The notes below the pieces were generated by a model. It was not told the DNA's origin. It ran no database searches and saw only the letters and a program-made list of their open reading frames with translations. This document shows positions 62,942-64,000 of a DNA stretch of 64,000 nt, piece by piece (position 1 is the first letter of the stretch; each line of letters starts with the position of its first letter). This stretch comes from an uncultured Nitrososphaerales archaeon. Lineage in GTDB: Archaea > Thermoproteota > Nitrososphaeria > Nitrososphaerales > Nitrososphaeraceae. The stretch spans positions 192,001-256,000 of the forward strand of contig CAVOHZ010000008.1 of assembly GCA_963695855.1 (NCBI GenBank). Direction: 5' to 3'. The translations under genes were made by a program, and so were the position numbers.

Positions 62942-64000
62942 TCATTTGTAAATTGCTTTCCTACCTTTATTTTTCATATTTTTTCTTTCTTTCCTATTTC
63001 TTTCAGATCTATTGGAAGTTTTTGCTGTCTTTTTTCGCCTCTTCATATTCTCCTCAAATTTTATCTTTTGTTCCTCATCAGCAGAAGGTTGATAGGTTTT
63101 CTGAGCAATACCACTCATAATACCTGTATATTTTTTCATTGGACCTATTATTTTTATTCCTCTATCACCCACAATCATAAATGCTATGATTGACTGGTCG
63201 TGATTGGAACCTCTCATTTTCAATATCAATAACGAGCGCTTTATTTGTGATTCTAACTCGAAATATCTAAGAACAATGATATTTTGAAAAATAGACGATA
63301 AACCAAGTGAAGTTACATTAATACCTGGCTGCTGGGGTTGTAGAATGGTTATTATAGAAGTGATTTCTTTTCTCCGAAATAGATTAGATAGTCTTTTTGC
63401 GATTAAATAGATTTCTTCATTAGATGAATATTTGAATCCCGACAATCCATCTACCACTATACGTGAAGGTTTTATAGTATCTATATTAGATGCTAATTCT
63501 GAAATAAATGCATCTTGACTCTGATTTTCTGGGATCCAAGATAGTATATGCAGTCCTTTTTTTTCGAGGTTCTTCACATCGTAACCAATGGATTGACCAC
63601 TAGTTCTAATGTCATTACATGATTCTTCAAGAGAACAAAATAAGCCAATCTGACCATCAAGAACTCCCTCCGCAACAAACTGAAATCCAAAAGTAGTTTT
63701 ACCTGTACCGGACGCGCCAACCAATGCTGTTGTAGAATACTTGAAAAGTCCTCCGTCAGTTCTTTCATCTAAACCTGAAATACCAGTTCTAATTCTATCG
63801 GTTGAAACTGGGAGAGTAATATTTAGTGGTTGTTTTGGATATAGTACCATACCTTTTTCTTTAATAACACATACATGAGCTTCCCTAATTATCGATGTAG
63901 ACCTCATTTTAATTACCCTCAAAATAATAGGAACTGTCTGCGTAAAACCATGTTCAAGTTGTATAATACCATCAGCCACAAATTCCTCCATTCCTGAACC
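62942..64000 (-). CDS. KaiC/RAD55-family double-domain ATPase; N-terminus lies beyond the window
   Basis: EFVADGII/KMRS from the end of domain 1; TGISGLD, GASGTGKT, SLEE, VVDG and KMRG in domain 2. Confidence 0.9.
   Translation of the reverse strand, partial: GSGMEEFVADGIIQLEHGFTQTVPIILRVIKMRSTSIIREAHVCVIKEKGMVLYPKQPLNITLPVSTDRIRTGISGLDERTDGGLFKYSTTALVGASGTGKTTFGFQFVAEGVLDGQIGLFCSLEESCNDIRTSGQSIGYDVKNLEKKGLHILSWIPENQSQDAFISELASNIDTIKPSRIVVDGLSGFKYSSNEEIYLIAKRLSNLFRRKEITSIITILQPQQPGINVTSLGLSSIFQNIIVLRYFELESQIKRSLLILKMRGSNHDQSIIAFMIVGDRGIKIIGPMKKYTGIMSGIAQKTYQPSADEEQKIKFEENMKRRKKTAKTSNRSERNRKERKNMKNKGRKAIYK

Noticed and set aside
6632-63768. Many ORF-track entries overlapping real genes, mostly antisense (e.g. 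6632..7045, 22971..23285, 30379..30567, 34764..35021, 44548..44949, 45606..45992, 57230..57598, 62016..62357)
   Set aside because: Shadow frames of motif-supported genes or pseudogenes

Overview
AT-rich archaeal DNA whose gene content points to an ammonia-oxidising archaeon of the Nitrososphaeraceae (Ca. Nitrosocosmicus-like; inferred, not proven). About 1-36.4 kb is a decayed accessory region. It holds IS5, IS6, IS630, IS481 and IS1595 elements and remnants, a tyrosine-integrase fragment, a tRNA-Ala 3' fragment and a cas-less 4-repeat CRISPR array abutting an IS6. It also carries a histidine kinase/cyclase/rhodanese cluster, a YwgA-like plus HD-dNTPase pair, a secreted gamma-carbonic anhydrase and many small Zn-finger or orphan ORFs. 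A 552-bp inverted duplication brackets about 30 kb of this region, and a dispersed family of short hairpin elements starting with (GTC)GGGAGTA is scattered through it. About 36.6-64 kb is core-like: an ebo-like trio, the LysW-dependent arginine/lysine cluster (two lysW genes missing from the ORF track, one ending EDWGQ instead of EDWGE), dph5, tRNA-Ile, NAD kinase, nob1, tRNA-Gly, histidine kinases and KaiC/RAD55-type ATPases. All calls come from reading motifs by eye; no database searches were run.
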